Below, piece after piece: positions 51,176-64,000 of a DNA stretch of 64,000 nt. The stretch's first letter is position 1, and each line of letters starts with the position of its first letter. The notes beneath the pieces are model-generated. The model saw only the letters and a program-made list of their open reading frames with translations, made no database searches and was not told the origin of the DNA. A program made the position numbers and the translations under genes. The DNA lies in contig KZ538404.1 of NCBI GenBank assembly GCA_000934665.2, positions 1-64,000 on the forward strand, given 5' to 3'. The stretch comes from Catajapyx aquilonaris (taxonomy: Eukaryota).

Positions 51176-54100
51176 GTGTTGATATTGAGTATAGTCATTA
51201 TAAGACTATAATATTATTGTTCTTTCAACACTTACCAGCCTTATGGCGATAAAGCTGATGAGAGAAGTTTATTAGAGTGTCTGCTGCCCGGGGCAGGCCT
51301 TTGCTATACCTCTCACCTTTCACATTCTCCTCGTTCCCTACTCCAACTGCCATCCTTTCCACTGGCATAACATCCTGTAGGCTATACAGTAGTTATATCT
51401 AAGCAGCGTAGGCTGTGTCAACTATATACATGTTGTGGAATTATATGCAGTGCATGTAAATTCCTTGCTTATGTTACTTTTCGGTTGTTATTTAGGTGTG
51501 TTTTGGGTCAATCAATTCGTATGTTTTGGGTTTCATTTTCAAAATGTCTAAGAGTAAATAAATGTAGTTTTATAGCTTTATAGTTTTGTAGCTGAGAAAT
51601 ATTATGATATGGACCTACCGCATATTTGGAAAATGATATTATGCAGGTTGTGGTTCTCCCTCTTTATTTGCACAATCAAATGTGAATTTTTCTTAAGCAA
51701 ACCTCGTATGTCAGATGTTATACAGCAAGCGGTTCCAGGATTTTTTGATCTGTGATACTGTTTATTGTGAGTCCTATTTCATTTTGCTTCTTGCTCTTTG
51801 TTATTTGGATTAGTGAACGAGTGGTGGCCATGTGCAGAAGGTTGTCCACATTAGGTTAAGAATATAGCAAATGTGTGTGTGTGTGTGTCATGTCTAGTGG
51901 CGTATTATGCGCACATTTGGAGACAAACTAAATTATCTGAAAAATCAGAGTCCAAACAAACGATACCTTACCTTGTGTTTGGATTTTGATTTTTCGGGGC
52001 TTGTGAAATTAATTGTACTTATAATGCATTTTGCTGAATGTGTTAGCTCACATCACTTTTAATTAGCATAACTTGTACCTCCTATTTCATTTCTGGCAGC
52101 CCTCTTATCAGGAAAATGTCGTAATTTTTAGTATGATGACAAGGCGATGATGATGTTATCCGTTTTGAATCATTATCTAAGTAAAAAAATGCCACACTCG
52201 TCTAACAATGTGAAGATTACAGACATACAGTATTTCAGGATTTGCTGTCAATAATATTTTATTTTCTAAGGAAGGTCACAAAATTCAAATCTTTAACATA
52301 CTTGAACTGTTGTATTGTAACTCATTAACAGTCAATGGGTAAGTAGATTAATAGAGACTCTGGCTTCCGAAATCAAGAACAAGTTTAAATTTGAATAATA
52401 AATATTAATTAAAACTCAACATTACATTTAAAAATGCTTTAATATTAATATCCTCATTCTCAACATGCCACGCTTTCTAAACGCAGCACAAGTCCAAATA
52501 AGATGGATGATTTTGCTACTAGGTTCCTCAAATTCTGTACTCACTTTTGATTCAGCAACAAGCATGCATAGTGAATACTTGTGGGCAGTAGACTGAGGGT
52601 TGATGCACGTGGATGCTAATGACCACAGAGGAAGTGCCGGCTCCATTAACCAGTTGTGGTTTATTTTACGTGAAGTGGTTAATTGCAAAGCGGGGGGACG
52701 AAAGGGGCGGAACCTAATAAAATGTACCCGACTTCAAAGGTGTACCAACAAAGGTAGCTGAGATAGAGAAACCCCAGGGGAACCGATCCAATTAACCCAA
52801 GGGAGCTGTGGTTAACTGCACTGGGTAACGCCACTTATTGTCTCTCCCAGGTTCCAATCATGCATTGGTAAGGGGATGCTCTTGACTAGACCGACGAGTC
52901 CTGCTGCTCGGTTTGTTCCCCATTTTTTTGAGCGTTATAAAAGTAGGCTTGAAACACTTGTGTTCCAATATTTAAATATAAGGCGGGACAAAAAATATTA
53001 TTTGAGTACTTTTTCTGCAATTATTTTATGTGATTTTCAAAACCCACCTACAAGATACAATTGTCTTGGTTTTTAACACCTTTCCACGTCTCGAAAGTGT
53101 TATGTCACAGGCGTATAACCTCATACGCATGGAAATATCAATCCATGCCAAACAACTATTACAAAAGTTACGACCTTCCTATATTTTGCTCCTGCATTTT
53201 GTTCCATTTTGTAGAAATGTGCTTGGCGACTATTGTTTTTTTTTGGCAGAGTCAGAGCCAGAGTAAACCTAAGCTGTGTGGCAGAAAAGCCAAGTTGGCA
53301 CCAGTGGGAGACTTGCAATCTCCTTCCCTAACTTTGCAACGACAGACAAACCCAAGTGATTAAGTGGTAATTAATAGTTAACCTCGGGGGTCAGATGGGG
53401 CGGTAGAGTGGAAGACATCATTAGGGCGAGCCCTGTAAAGTAATTTCCTCTCCTCTTGTGTTGAGAGCTGCCATCTCTCCAGCTGCAACCTCTCTCTTTG
53501 GCCAAAGGAGCAGCCTAGCTAGCTTGGCGGGTGAGGACGCACCACCTAAAATTGTGAGCCCATTTCCTTCGGGCCAAGGGCGTCACCCATAAAAGAAAGC
53601 ACAGCATGTATTGCACAACCTTGCGACCTTGCTGGCAAGGACAGGTAGGTCATTCAGGAAATGTTGCAAACAAGTGCATCAAAAGTTGCACTAATGAAAA
53701 TAGCAGAACGGTACTATCTCTAAGCAGTAGTATACCACAATTGTAATGGTGGGTACGAGGAGTGTCAACCTTCACCACTCCAATGATTCCATTAGCAGCT
53801 TTTCCCCTTTTCTGTAAGAAAAAGTAAGGAAATGGTTGGAACCCGCGAAAGTGGTTACTTATCACTCGGAAGGAAGGACGTCTTTGTTTTTGCAGCCCTT
53901 GCCATCTCACCCAGTATTTTACTCCAAGGAAAGGAAAGGAAGAGAATCGTGGAAGTTTGACTACGGCATTATGCCAGGATGCTTCACTATCCCATCAAGT
54001 TTCAGCTTCTGATTATTTCACTTAGAGTCTTCTTATGCAGTAATACGTAGAGAGCTCTTTCCTTTTTGACGTCTATATTAGTAGCGTAATTAATTGCAAC

Positions 54101-55503
54101 CACCATCCAGCAAACACAGTCCGTAATAATACTGACAACGATACAGGGTGAACTCATGGGTTCCAAGGAATCACTATGCAGCCTAGTTACATAGATAATG
54201 GGCATCAAATGTAAAGCATGAAATATCCTGGCAGGTATGCCGTATGCGTCCTTCCAAACAACCGTGTCTTTTTAATATTTCAATTTAAAGTTTTACCGTG
54301 CAATTTTGATTGAAGTTACAAGCTCATTAGCCCGGGCGCAAATCATGCAATTATTTTGGTGCGACGCGTCACCCCGATTGGTTGAATCGAGGCAGGATGC
54401 GCGCACAGTGTTCGGGCAGTGTCGCAGGCAGTATATTCGCCACGTATATGAGGTGGTATAATGCTCTCTTTGATCAAATCTAATTTATTCAGTAACAAGG
54501 CTGCGGAGACAAAAGGAAACCTCCACATTTGACATTCGTGATCCTTTGGTGTCCAGGAACTCGCCCTAGCGCATGTCTCCGCTATTATTATGAAACACCA
54601 TGTAGATTTAATTAAAGTGCTGCATATGACTAACATGAATAGGAGATCTCATAGTTAAGCAACAATATTGGAGTAACTTACATTATATGAAGCTTAGAAT
54701 GTTGGAGTAATTTGACATGTTTCTTTCCTTAGATTGACTTAAACATCGTGCAGTGCGTTTGTGATCGCATACTACATTTAGAACGTAACAAAGAAGCGTG
54801 TCTGAGCAGACAAAGTACTACACAACCATACATGGCAAATACTGTATAGTGCTGTAGCCAACGTCCCACCTGTAGAACAGCACTTCTCCAGAGTTACAGA
54901 GTCCAGCAGGGCCCTTACTGAAAAGATGACACTAATAGACGTTCAAGTCAGCAGGAAAAGGGACACCTCTGCAATATCGAGATCTGCACTCTCCAATAGA
55001 CAGTCGACAAAGTTAGACAACTGAAACGTTTTTTCGCTGGATTATTGTGCCACTAAGTTCTATCAGAGCCTAGGCCTTGATACTATAACGAGATACTGTA
55101 TATCAGACACAGCAATAAAAATGACATCTGTGATCTTTTGCACTTAATGCCATAAGAATACCTTTGGCCCACTATTTTCTATTAAAACCTATAGTGACTT
55201 ACAACATAATTATGCTGAGTCTGTATCCGTGTTGCCTATATTATTGACTTATAAACGCCCTAGATCACCCTAGGTGCCATCAAACCTTGATTAATGCAAG
55301 CCTATATTATTTCTTCTAGAATTGGCTCTTTCTCGGCTCGTGCTGCCATTGCCTACAGTCAGTATGGTTATTTTAGAATCAGATCTCCATATAGACATAT
55401 TACATGTTCTTTAACATAGGCGCATTTGGGAAGACTCTTTCCTTTTTAATCATGTGGATTAGCCTTGCTTACTTCGTTTTGGTTGTTGATTATCCTGAAC
55501 ATT

Positions 55504-55805
55504 CCGAAGCAGGTTGGCATAGTGGATAAGGCGTCCGACTGCTAATCGGGAGGTCCTGGGTTCGAATCCCGGGGCCGGCAACTCTGACCGTGGTTTTCTG
55601 TGGTTTCCCACGGTCCTCCCAGGAAAATTCCGGAGTTGTTTCCGTAATTGACAGGCCACAGCCGCTTCCTTCTGTCCCTATCCCATCCCAAAAAGTGCAG
55701 TAAAATGAAAGCAAAGAGTTCCAGGCAAAAGAAAACTTTCCCCCTAAAGAGCCAAAAAAGGCTGATAACGGGGTATGAATTATTAATTATTAATTATTTA
55801 TATTT
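55504..55805 (+). mobile_element. Full-length tRNA-derived SINE with Inv-like core
   Basis: A box TGGCATAGTGG and B box GGTTCGAATCC. Core GTGGTTTTCTGTGGTTTCCCACGGTCCTCCCAGGAAAATTCCGG..AGGCCACAGCCGCTTCCTTC resembles insect Inv-domain SINEs (from memory). AT-rich tail; exact 15-bp TSD ATTATCCTGAACATT (55489-55503, 55806-55820). Confidence 0.93.
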
Positions 55806-58800
55806 ATTATCCTGAACATTGGAGCAGCTTCCATCATTAATGTCACAATAAGATATGCGCATAAAACGAACTCATATTCAGCCAGTTATATCTGGTAGCA
55901 ATTTCCCACCACACTGTATGCCACACGTGACTGTACTGAGCATAAAAGAGCCCATTCTCGTATGCCGGAAGTGCATTGTGCAAAACTTTGACGGCCCCTA
56001 GGGCGGCCTCGGGGTGTTTATAGAGTGAATGATCTACACCTCTGGATTTAGCACCTCCTTCTGTTTGGTCTCTACTGGACTTGAACGAGCGATAATAAAT
56101 ATCAGCCCAAACGGCTATCTATTTGTGAACTGTGCAATCCTTCTATTCCGGTTAACTATTGGTTTAATCAAAGGTAGGGTGTGAGACAAAATGCTCATGT
56201 CAGCCAGAGAACGAGTCATTTCTGCTGAATTGGAATTTTTATTATCTCTCATCGTTGACTTAGAGAAATTTGATGTTATTGACTGATTAATATTGACTAA
56301 AATATGGGTTTGGTCAAATGTTGGATGTTTTAAGAGGAGCAGGGAGGAAAGCGCTTGGTCGACTGAATTACTTGAGTAATCACTTGCACTTCTCTTCCCT
56401 TGCCGCACTAGAAAATGAAGAACACTGATGACGTTTTACTTGCGCCCGAAACTTTTCCCCTTTGTTTTAAGTGCAATATAATGAAAGGAAAACAAGTTGG
56501 AAGTAATTTCTATGGCGTCCTCCCACGCACGGTGTATTAAATTCGCATGAAAGTTGCGTTTAACCAGATATGCGGATTATTTTCGACCTTTTTGGTTATA
56601 TGCCACCTTGGCTAAACGAATGTTGCATATTTTCCTGCTCCACCCACAATGGTATATATTCTTTTTCGAAGTACTTGAATGCAAATCTAGCTGAATTTTG
56701 CACTGCCATTTATAGCATATTCTACTTAGAAGCTGAATTATTTTAGTAAAAACCTTAAATTTTGGCTACAGAGAACCATATTGCATTAAATTTTATACAT
56801 TCATGCTCTCTCCTGGGGTTGGGGACGTGTGAGGTGTAGACTGGTTTTAATAAAAGTCAAAAGCGTGGACATAGTTTCTTCCGGTTGCTTGGTTCGTATA
56901 CCTTATGGTTGTTGACCTGATCTACCGTATCAGCAGATGTCCGTGTACATGAATAAATCCTCCAGGTCCTTTTTTTTATTCTTTGTCAGCGCGGTAAAAG
57001 AGAGGGAAACGGCCGCTATGAAAAGTGGACCTCGAGTGTCTGATTCTAAGGATCAAACGGCTGGTCATATCCGTTTGAAGGGCCGAAAGAGCCGAACTTA
57101 TGGCTTCCTTTGATCTGAAACGCATTTCCCTCCTGTGGAACTTCCGTCACCTGCATCAGAAGGAATAATAACACTCCAGGAATATTACATCAGAGAGAAG
57201 TAATTTTACTGTTTAAATATGCTGAAAAGGCGCTTGATCGGGTTCACTTTAATTTGCTCTGACAATTTGGGCTCTAGATAACACGTCACTCCGTTGAATT
57301 CATGATTATTGTATTCAGCTCTCCATTAATTAACAACGAAAGGGGGTTAGCTTAGAAGGCTGTCAGGTATTGAATGTTATCCAGGTGCTTGTATTATTCA
57401 CGACGTGCATCAGGCCCCGCGAAGACTTATGAAAATCTTTGACAGGGCCTACAGAACGAGTCAAAATGATGGTCCAAACTTTTATGCCATATTTAAGCAG
57501 TTACTCTAGTGAAAGTCAACATGGCGAACAGTTATAGAGAGGATATGTGTGGCCTCTGCTGTGAATGATCATTTCACATCAATTTTATGAACGCCAGCAG
57601 CTTTCAAAATTATGCGACCCAGAACGTAATGCAACAGGACTCGGCAGCCTGTATATTGCAAATACTGTAGGTAGCATGATAGCAGTAAACGACACCGTGA
57701 ATCTGTCAAGTTATTAGTAGTACGCTTTTGTAATGATTAGTCCAGTGTAGTAGATGAAATCGATATGTTGTATACCGAGTGGCCAACGCAAAGCTCTCCA
57801 ACCGTATCCGCGGCTGATTACGGATCGCAGATTAATTACGAACTCAATCCATGCAAGCGCCTGATCATCCAGTACGTAGACTATACTTAATTTGTTACGT
57901 AATAGCACAATTTGCAACCTGGTGGAAGTAATTCATAATATTCTCACCTGCCTTCATTGTACGCCTCAGCTGGAATTAGGGGAATATGGTGACCCCTGAA
58001 ATTAATCCCTTTTGCCGCCAATAAACTAGTAATTAGGAATTACACCATATTCTGCATCCACGCATTACTCATTAAAGTAAAATTGGTAGCTGTTTACGAA
58101 GCTTTGCTATAATATTATCACCGTGAAAATAGAGACGCCAAGTAACGTAGACATCATGATCGTGCAGGAGAAATCCACTGTCAGAAAAACCATTTTCGAG
58201 ATAATCGGAAGCAAATATTACCTTTCACTTGTTTACATTCTAGTGAATTGTGAATACGTAAAATTCTGGTTTACTGACTCATTGTAAATCTTCAGAACTA
58301 AACGGATATGTCACCAGGCGGCAGAGCAGAACAAGTGCTAACTTATAGTTATAGTGCTGTAAGTAACTCAAAACGGCTAAATAGATTTTTCCTGCATGAT
58401 ATTAACAATACAGTCATTTTCGTTCACACAGCCCAAAGTTCGACATGAAAACTGAGACATTCCCTACTGTAGTGGAGCGCTCTGCAAGCATTCAATTCGT
58501 AGATCCCCAAAAATGGGGTGCATGCCCATGACAACGGATCCGTGAAGATATCTGAAGCATCCGCCGGTTCCGAAACTAGAAGAGAACCTTACCAAAAATA
58601 TAAGCAGTCGACAAGAGTCCATTAGTTGCCATGATTGGTGCAGGCCACGTTGCCAGTTGGCAAGCAAGCAAGAAGAGACTGTGAATAAGAATATTTAGTT
58701 GGACGGTATGGGGTTGGAGGAATCAAATAGAGAAAAAAAAGAGAGGATAGGGGTGCGTTCTTCTCGTGTCTGTAAAGAAGCCAAAGGCTGAAGCTGGGAG

Positions 58801-60268
58801 TCTGGGAATGGTGGAGCCTATCGATTTTGGGCCGGATCCATTGGGAAAGAGTGGAGCCTGCAGAAGGGGGGTTGTGGAGCAGAGGCTGGGGGTTGTCATG
58901 AATGAACGCGGCCTTCAATGGATGCCCTGAGAGGGAGGGAAAGGGAGAGGGAGAGATGCTTGCGTGCGTCTCTTGCCTTATACACTAACCCTGCTGGTAG
59001 GGTGTGGCTGCGACCTCTGCCGAGTTCAACACACAATTAGGAACATCCCGGATTTATTTTTTGTCCATTCACATGTTGCGAATGATTTTTGTAGGTCGTA
59101 AATTTGTGATTGGCTCGATGTTTAATGTGGATGAAACTTCATTGTCAAATGTCAATTCGGTCAAATGTGTTGGTGGGAAAGGGGCAGCCACACGCTATTT
59201 ATAGTACGAGTTGCTATCCCTATTGAAGTTGAAGGGTTGCAGGCTGTAATAGACAGTGAATGGGACGGCCGGCTGCGCATTTCCGGGTGTGTAGCTGCTG
59301 GTTGGGTAATTTTTCCGAATCTGAATATTATGGGGGATCGGGGCTATGTTTAGCCGCAACAAAGAATTACAATTTGCAAAATAGCTGTCGGAATTTCCGA
59401 ATGCGTGAAAGTGATTGAGTTCAGGTTGACTTGCGTGACAGCCTGTGGAAGTGTATTGCACTTGCAGAGTACACTGTACCGGACTTGGGAAACGAGATAT
59501 TATGTCAATATTCTCGGCCCTTTCTTGTCATTAACAAAAAAATTCGTGTCATTCCACAGTTTCATTTCATATGAAGCCGAAATTAGGCCGGAAATTTTTG
59601 TGTAATATCCCCTCTCCAATATTAGAACAGGAATTACAGTGTGCAATATTATAGAGCTTGCGAGCTTTTTCTTTCATCATTACGTAAAAACAGGTCGCTG
59701 TCGTGCTGCAGCAGTGCTGTCCGATAACGCTGTAAAAATCCTTGGGACAAGCGATGCTCCTATGTATGTGCAGTTACTGAAGAGTAACCCCACTCGTGGC
59801 AATCATCGGGAAAACTTTTCGTCGGCCGCAATTTTTGGTCCGTCACAAAAGTGCCATAAAACGGATGGATAGCATCAGGACAAAGGCCTGGCATAAAAGG
59901 ACTGCCACTTCCGCCCAGAAACGCGCGCAATAAACGAAACAATCCGCACGCATTGGGCCGTAGTTAGGCTCGCTTTTTAACTGCGACTGGTTCCGCTTTT
60001 TCGCCCAGATCATGCTTTCCTGGGCTACCAATTTGGCGCCAGTGAAACACCCGAGCTCCTCCCTTGTGCTGGACCCGATGCTGTACCATCCGGAATCAGC
60101 CTTTTTACCTCCACCCACACTTGTTTCCAATTCCTATTTGCAAGGGATTAACCAGCAGACGACATGCACCATGCCCTTTGTTTCTGCTACACCCTAAATG
60201 AAAGGGTGTAGATTAATAGTCATGAAGTATACCCATTCAAGACGTGTCATAGACTAAATAAATAGGTT

Positions 60269-60369
<101 letters not shown>

Positions 60370-63300
60370 GAAAACAAGCTACATGACTGTATTAAGAACT
60401 GATATGGTTGTACTGTACAGTACCAGTATGGTGTTCAACTATCATTCGGTGGCATTACAAGTATTAGTCAATTAGTGCAACAGAGGATATCCTTCGTGTC
60501 AGGCGACCCTTGAAGCAGGAGTGGTTGAAGGGAGGAATAACCGGCAGGATGACCCTATATATTCACGTGCACAGTTTGCCGAAACTTAAATTATCATGCC
60601 ATTATCTCCGTAATGAAGCCGAAATAGACTAGGGTAATTTCGTCTTGGAATATCATATAGCATGAACCTAAGTCCGAGAGGAAGTGCGCAGAGGAGTGCT
60701 TATCTAGAACCTATAGCAATGGCTTATGTCATTACAGTATTATTTTTGGAGCTCATTGAAATATTTGTTTCGAATAAAATATTTCCACGGGCACGGTACG
60801 CTGACCTTCCAACCCTGTTGACAATGCATGTAAGCTATATCTATCGATATCGCGCAAGTATTTAGTTGGCCTCATCTATTCATTTCGAGGGGAGGGAGGG
60901 GGGGGGGTCGTCATAACGCTGAAGTTTCACAATAAAGTTCCGTTTATGATATGGAATATGTATTTTGATACTTAAATGCAGAACTCGGAAGTTTCCAGAA
61001 GGTGCTACGTAAATGACGCAAGTGGAAAGTGCCTGCATCTCCATCAACTCAGCACATGAAGGGGATAATTATATTGAGACACCATCAAAGCAGGAACGAA
61101 ATGTGGCTCTAGATGTACTCTCCGTGCAAAAGCTGATCTTAATTGGGAAACAAGATTAATCCCTTTTTAGCCCGTATCCACCAGTCTATTGAAATACACT
61201 AGTTTGATAGCACTGTCCTGTGAAAAAAAAGTTCACTTTCCCAACGCTTGACCAAAGTCAACTGGGTTCCTATCCGCTGACAAGGGGGATTTACCGTTGC
61301 TTCAGTCCTGTTAGATTAGTGGGCTTGCCAAAACCCATTTGCGCATCGTCCTGTTTAATTAATATTGTAGTTAATCAGCATGTCGTTTGCCTAATACACC
61401 ACCCTGATTTCGAGGGATTGTCGGTTCAAATCCTCAGGCTCACCTGTACTATTCGTGCACCACACAGCTCTTTTGTGTCTTTTCCTTTTTATCCCTTTTA
61501 GTGGCTGTTTCGGTTGGAAGGGTTTTTCATTTATTGTTCTCTTCAAGCTGAAACTTTGAAGAATATGTTTACTTGCCATATAACGCCCAAAACGCGATGC
61601 TGGCCCCTTTGAATACGGAGGTATAATTTCGTTTCAAAGATTCTTTCTTGTAAAACGAATTATGTTACATTAAATTTTAGTAGATACTGTTATACAGTAT
61701 ATTGTGGATCATACATGTTTTGAGTATAGTGCATAGAGATTTTGCTGCATTATAGGCTTAGCAGTCGGACTGTATGGAGACGTGTCTTGCTCAGCAATGC
61801 GTGCAATATGGTGCTAGACCCAAAATAGTTCGTGGAAGTCAAAATCAAATTAAATTTGCGCGGCAAGGTTGCGCTGAGGTCAACCGGGGCGCAAACTGCT
61901 CCTTGGATCTCTGAACTCCTAGTCTGTTTCCGTGAACTTGATTACGGCAGCAGCGTATTTGGAGGACAGAGCTTTTAGGGCGTCTGATTTAATTTCGACT
62001 CTACTCATCTCTCTGTCCGTATAGGTAGTGTCCCAGCTTTGACATTACCTTATGTGCGGACCAATGAAAACTGTTACATGCTTTACTGTCACATTCAATG
62101 ATATTCTTGTGAAACTCAGCAGCTGTTTCTAATGCTGCATTAGGTTTGCACTTATCTCTGACTTGAAATATGTCCCCAACGCAACGGTGACAATGTATTC
62201 ACGTAACGATAAGTACGACTTGACATCAGGTTGGGAACCGTGCCGTCACGTATAGTGTCGTGCTTCCGATATGGTGTACAGGTGAAGTGGGAAATATGAG
62301 TGAATGGAATAGACGTATATCTGGCAGTTCAATGCGTGATGGGAGTAATGCAGGTATATATCAGCAGGACCTGCATTATTAAGTCCTGGAGTCCATTTGG
62401 AGTGTCACGTTCCCAATTGAGTCAGAGAGGTTTGGATAATGCTGGGGACTGAGACGTTGGAAGGTAGAAGACCACGATTCTCATGTCAGTCACAAGCTCT
62501 CAGGGTGACCCGGAAGGAGAGAAGGCTCAAGTATTGAAAACCTCTCCAGGAAGAGGGTGAAGTGAACGTGACGGAGGCATTCAAGTAGGGCTCAATGTGC
62601 CTTGCCTGCCTGCCTCCCCGCTTCTCCCATTCACCACCAGGGGGTCGCTTTATTTGACACATTAAATGCACACCAAGACTACGTCTTTATCACCTCGTTA
62701 GTCACAGAAGCACTCATGATTCCGAAAAATGAGTGCGGCATATGCTGCTATTGATGGGGGGGGGGGGCTAACTATTGCGCCTCCTATTTCCTAGACAAAT
62801 GGGCATTGTTTCCTTCCTGCAAAACAAGTCGACTGGTCGCGATAAAAGTGGATCAGCCTACCCCAGGCAATGGAGTCCCATGAAATGATTATACAGATAA
62901 TATACACATTTGAAATGTTGAGGAACGCCGGATGATAGTCTGCAGCAGCCAATTCCCATCTGTGTTATTATTACGCTTGATGGACAAATGCCATTGGGCA
63001 TGCAATTACTAGGCCGTCCAAATGTCAGCCCAGCATTATCTCCGGGGCTCTGTGTGATATCCACCTCTTGGATTATATTACATTATTGTATGTGGTCGCA
63101 TCGATTTTTCACTTGGACTATGTGCCACATGATTATCGCATTGGGACAAGGTATCCGTGGAGCATTTATTCTCTGGCGAGACGCTTTTGGTCCGCCAACT
63201 AACCTGGAGTCTCTTGGTACAGTAGCCCTATCGATTTTGTTGTTCTCGTCCTTCAGTGGAAGTGACACGGCCTGGAGAAGCTGTGTGGGAAAAGGATTGG

Positions 63301-64000
63301 AGAGAGACTTCCGTGCCCAATAGACGCGCTTTTTTCCGAGGGTCTGCTTTCCTAATCTGCCCGCAAATGACCTTACAGGAAACCCACACCTACTACGCTA
63401 TCAGGGGAACAGATCAAAAATACTCCTACGCCTTCAGCTTCCTTCATCCACACTTTCATATGGCTCAATCAAGAGATGTGCACGGGGCCGGGAGGCCAAC
63501 GTCATCGGGGATGTCATTACTCACTGTCTTCTTCTTCAGGGAGCATCCTATTACACTTTAATGATCATAACAGCACCCACTTTAATTTGATCTAAGGCCT
63601 AGGGGGCGTTCTTACAATCATTATACGGAATTTATTTTAGTCAGATTCCTAACAATCCGACAGAAGCTCATGCCAATTAGACGTCAGATTTTTTAAAGGC
63701 TCAGTGACTGTAGCTTACATTGGAATTAATGTACAGGCTTGGAAGATGAGACATTATGTGAACATTCCAGACCTTACCTCGGAGTTGAGAAAAGGCCTGT
63801 ATGATCCTATTAGAGTCAGGTTTCTTCGAAATTGAGTACGGCATTGTGTCATGTAGCCCTTGATGCTTAACTTCCTGCCAAATCAGTTTTCTATGCATTC
63901 CCACAGTGAAAAGATGGGAAAGGGTGATTCAACAAGAAATAGTTCAATTTGAAATCCTTATAATACCGGGTGTTCCATCAAGTTCGTGGGTAGTTTTATT

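Noticed and set aside
51255..51380. Possible LINE 3'-end remnant (AGAGTGTCTGCTGCCCGGGGCAGG...)
   Set aside because: Only a vague resemblance from memory; too short and degenerate to call.
60060..60090. pri/tarsal-less-like peptide (VLDPMLY)
   Set aside because: Lacks the LDPTGxY motif, is not at a short-ORF C-terminus, and is not repeated.
63964..64000. TACCGGGTGTTCC, possible start of another mariner-like TIR
   Set aside because: Truncated by the window end; the partner TIR cannot be seen.

Overview
Eukaryotic, AT-rich (roughly 40% GC by eye), essentially non-coding genomic DNA, probably from an arthropod (inferred from an Inv-type tRNA-SINE), with one 189-N assembly gap. I recognise no protein-coding ORF, and the long ORFs in the track look spurious. 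Well-supported content: two intact tRNA-Pro genes (TGG, AGG) and two tRNA-Pro pseudogenes clustered at 33.7-35.3 kb; three full-length tRNA-derived SINEs with 14-21 bp TSDs; about a dozen MITEs (Tc1/mariner TA-type, hAT/P-type with 8-bp TSDs, Harbinger-like palindromes); a CACTA/EnSpm-like element; and microsatellites. A CpG/GC-rich block at 6.9-7.8 kb looks like a promoter and first exon ending ATG-CCG|GTAAGT, which would make the rest of the window a very large first intron (inference). The most notable signal is a dense layer of TA-(3-5 nt)-TA scars (TACAGTA/TACTGTA, TAGGCTA, TAGGCCTA). Comparing paralogous MITE copies within the window shows that some of these are insertions at TA sites, consistent with DNA-transposon excision footprints. 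Both tRNA pseudogenes carry such an insertion at the same D-arm TA. I found no convincing novel protein-coding system.
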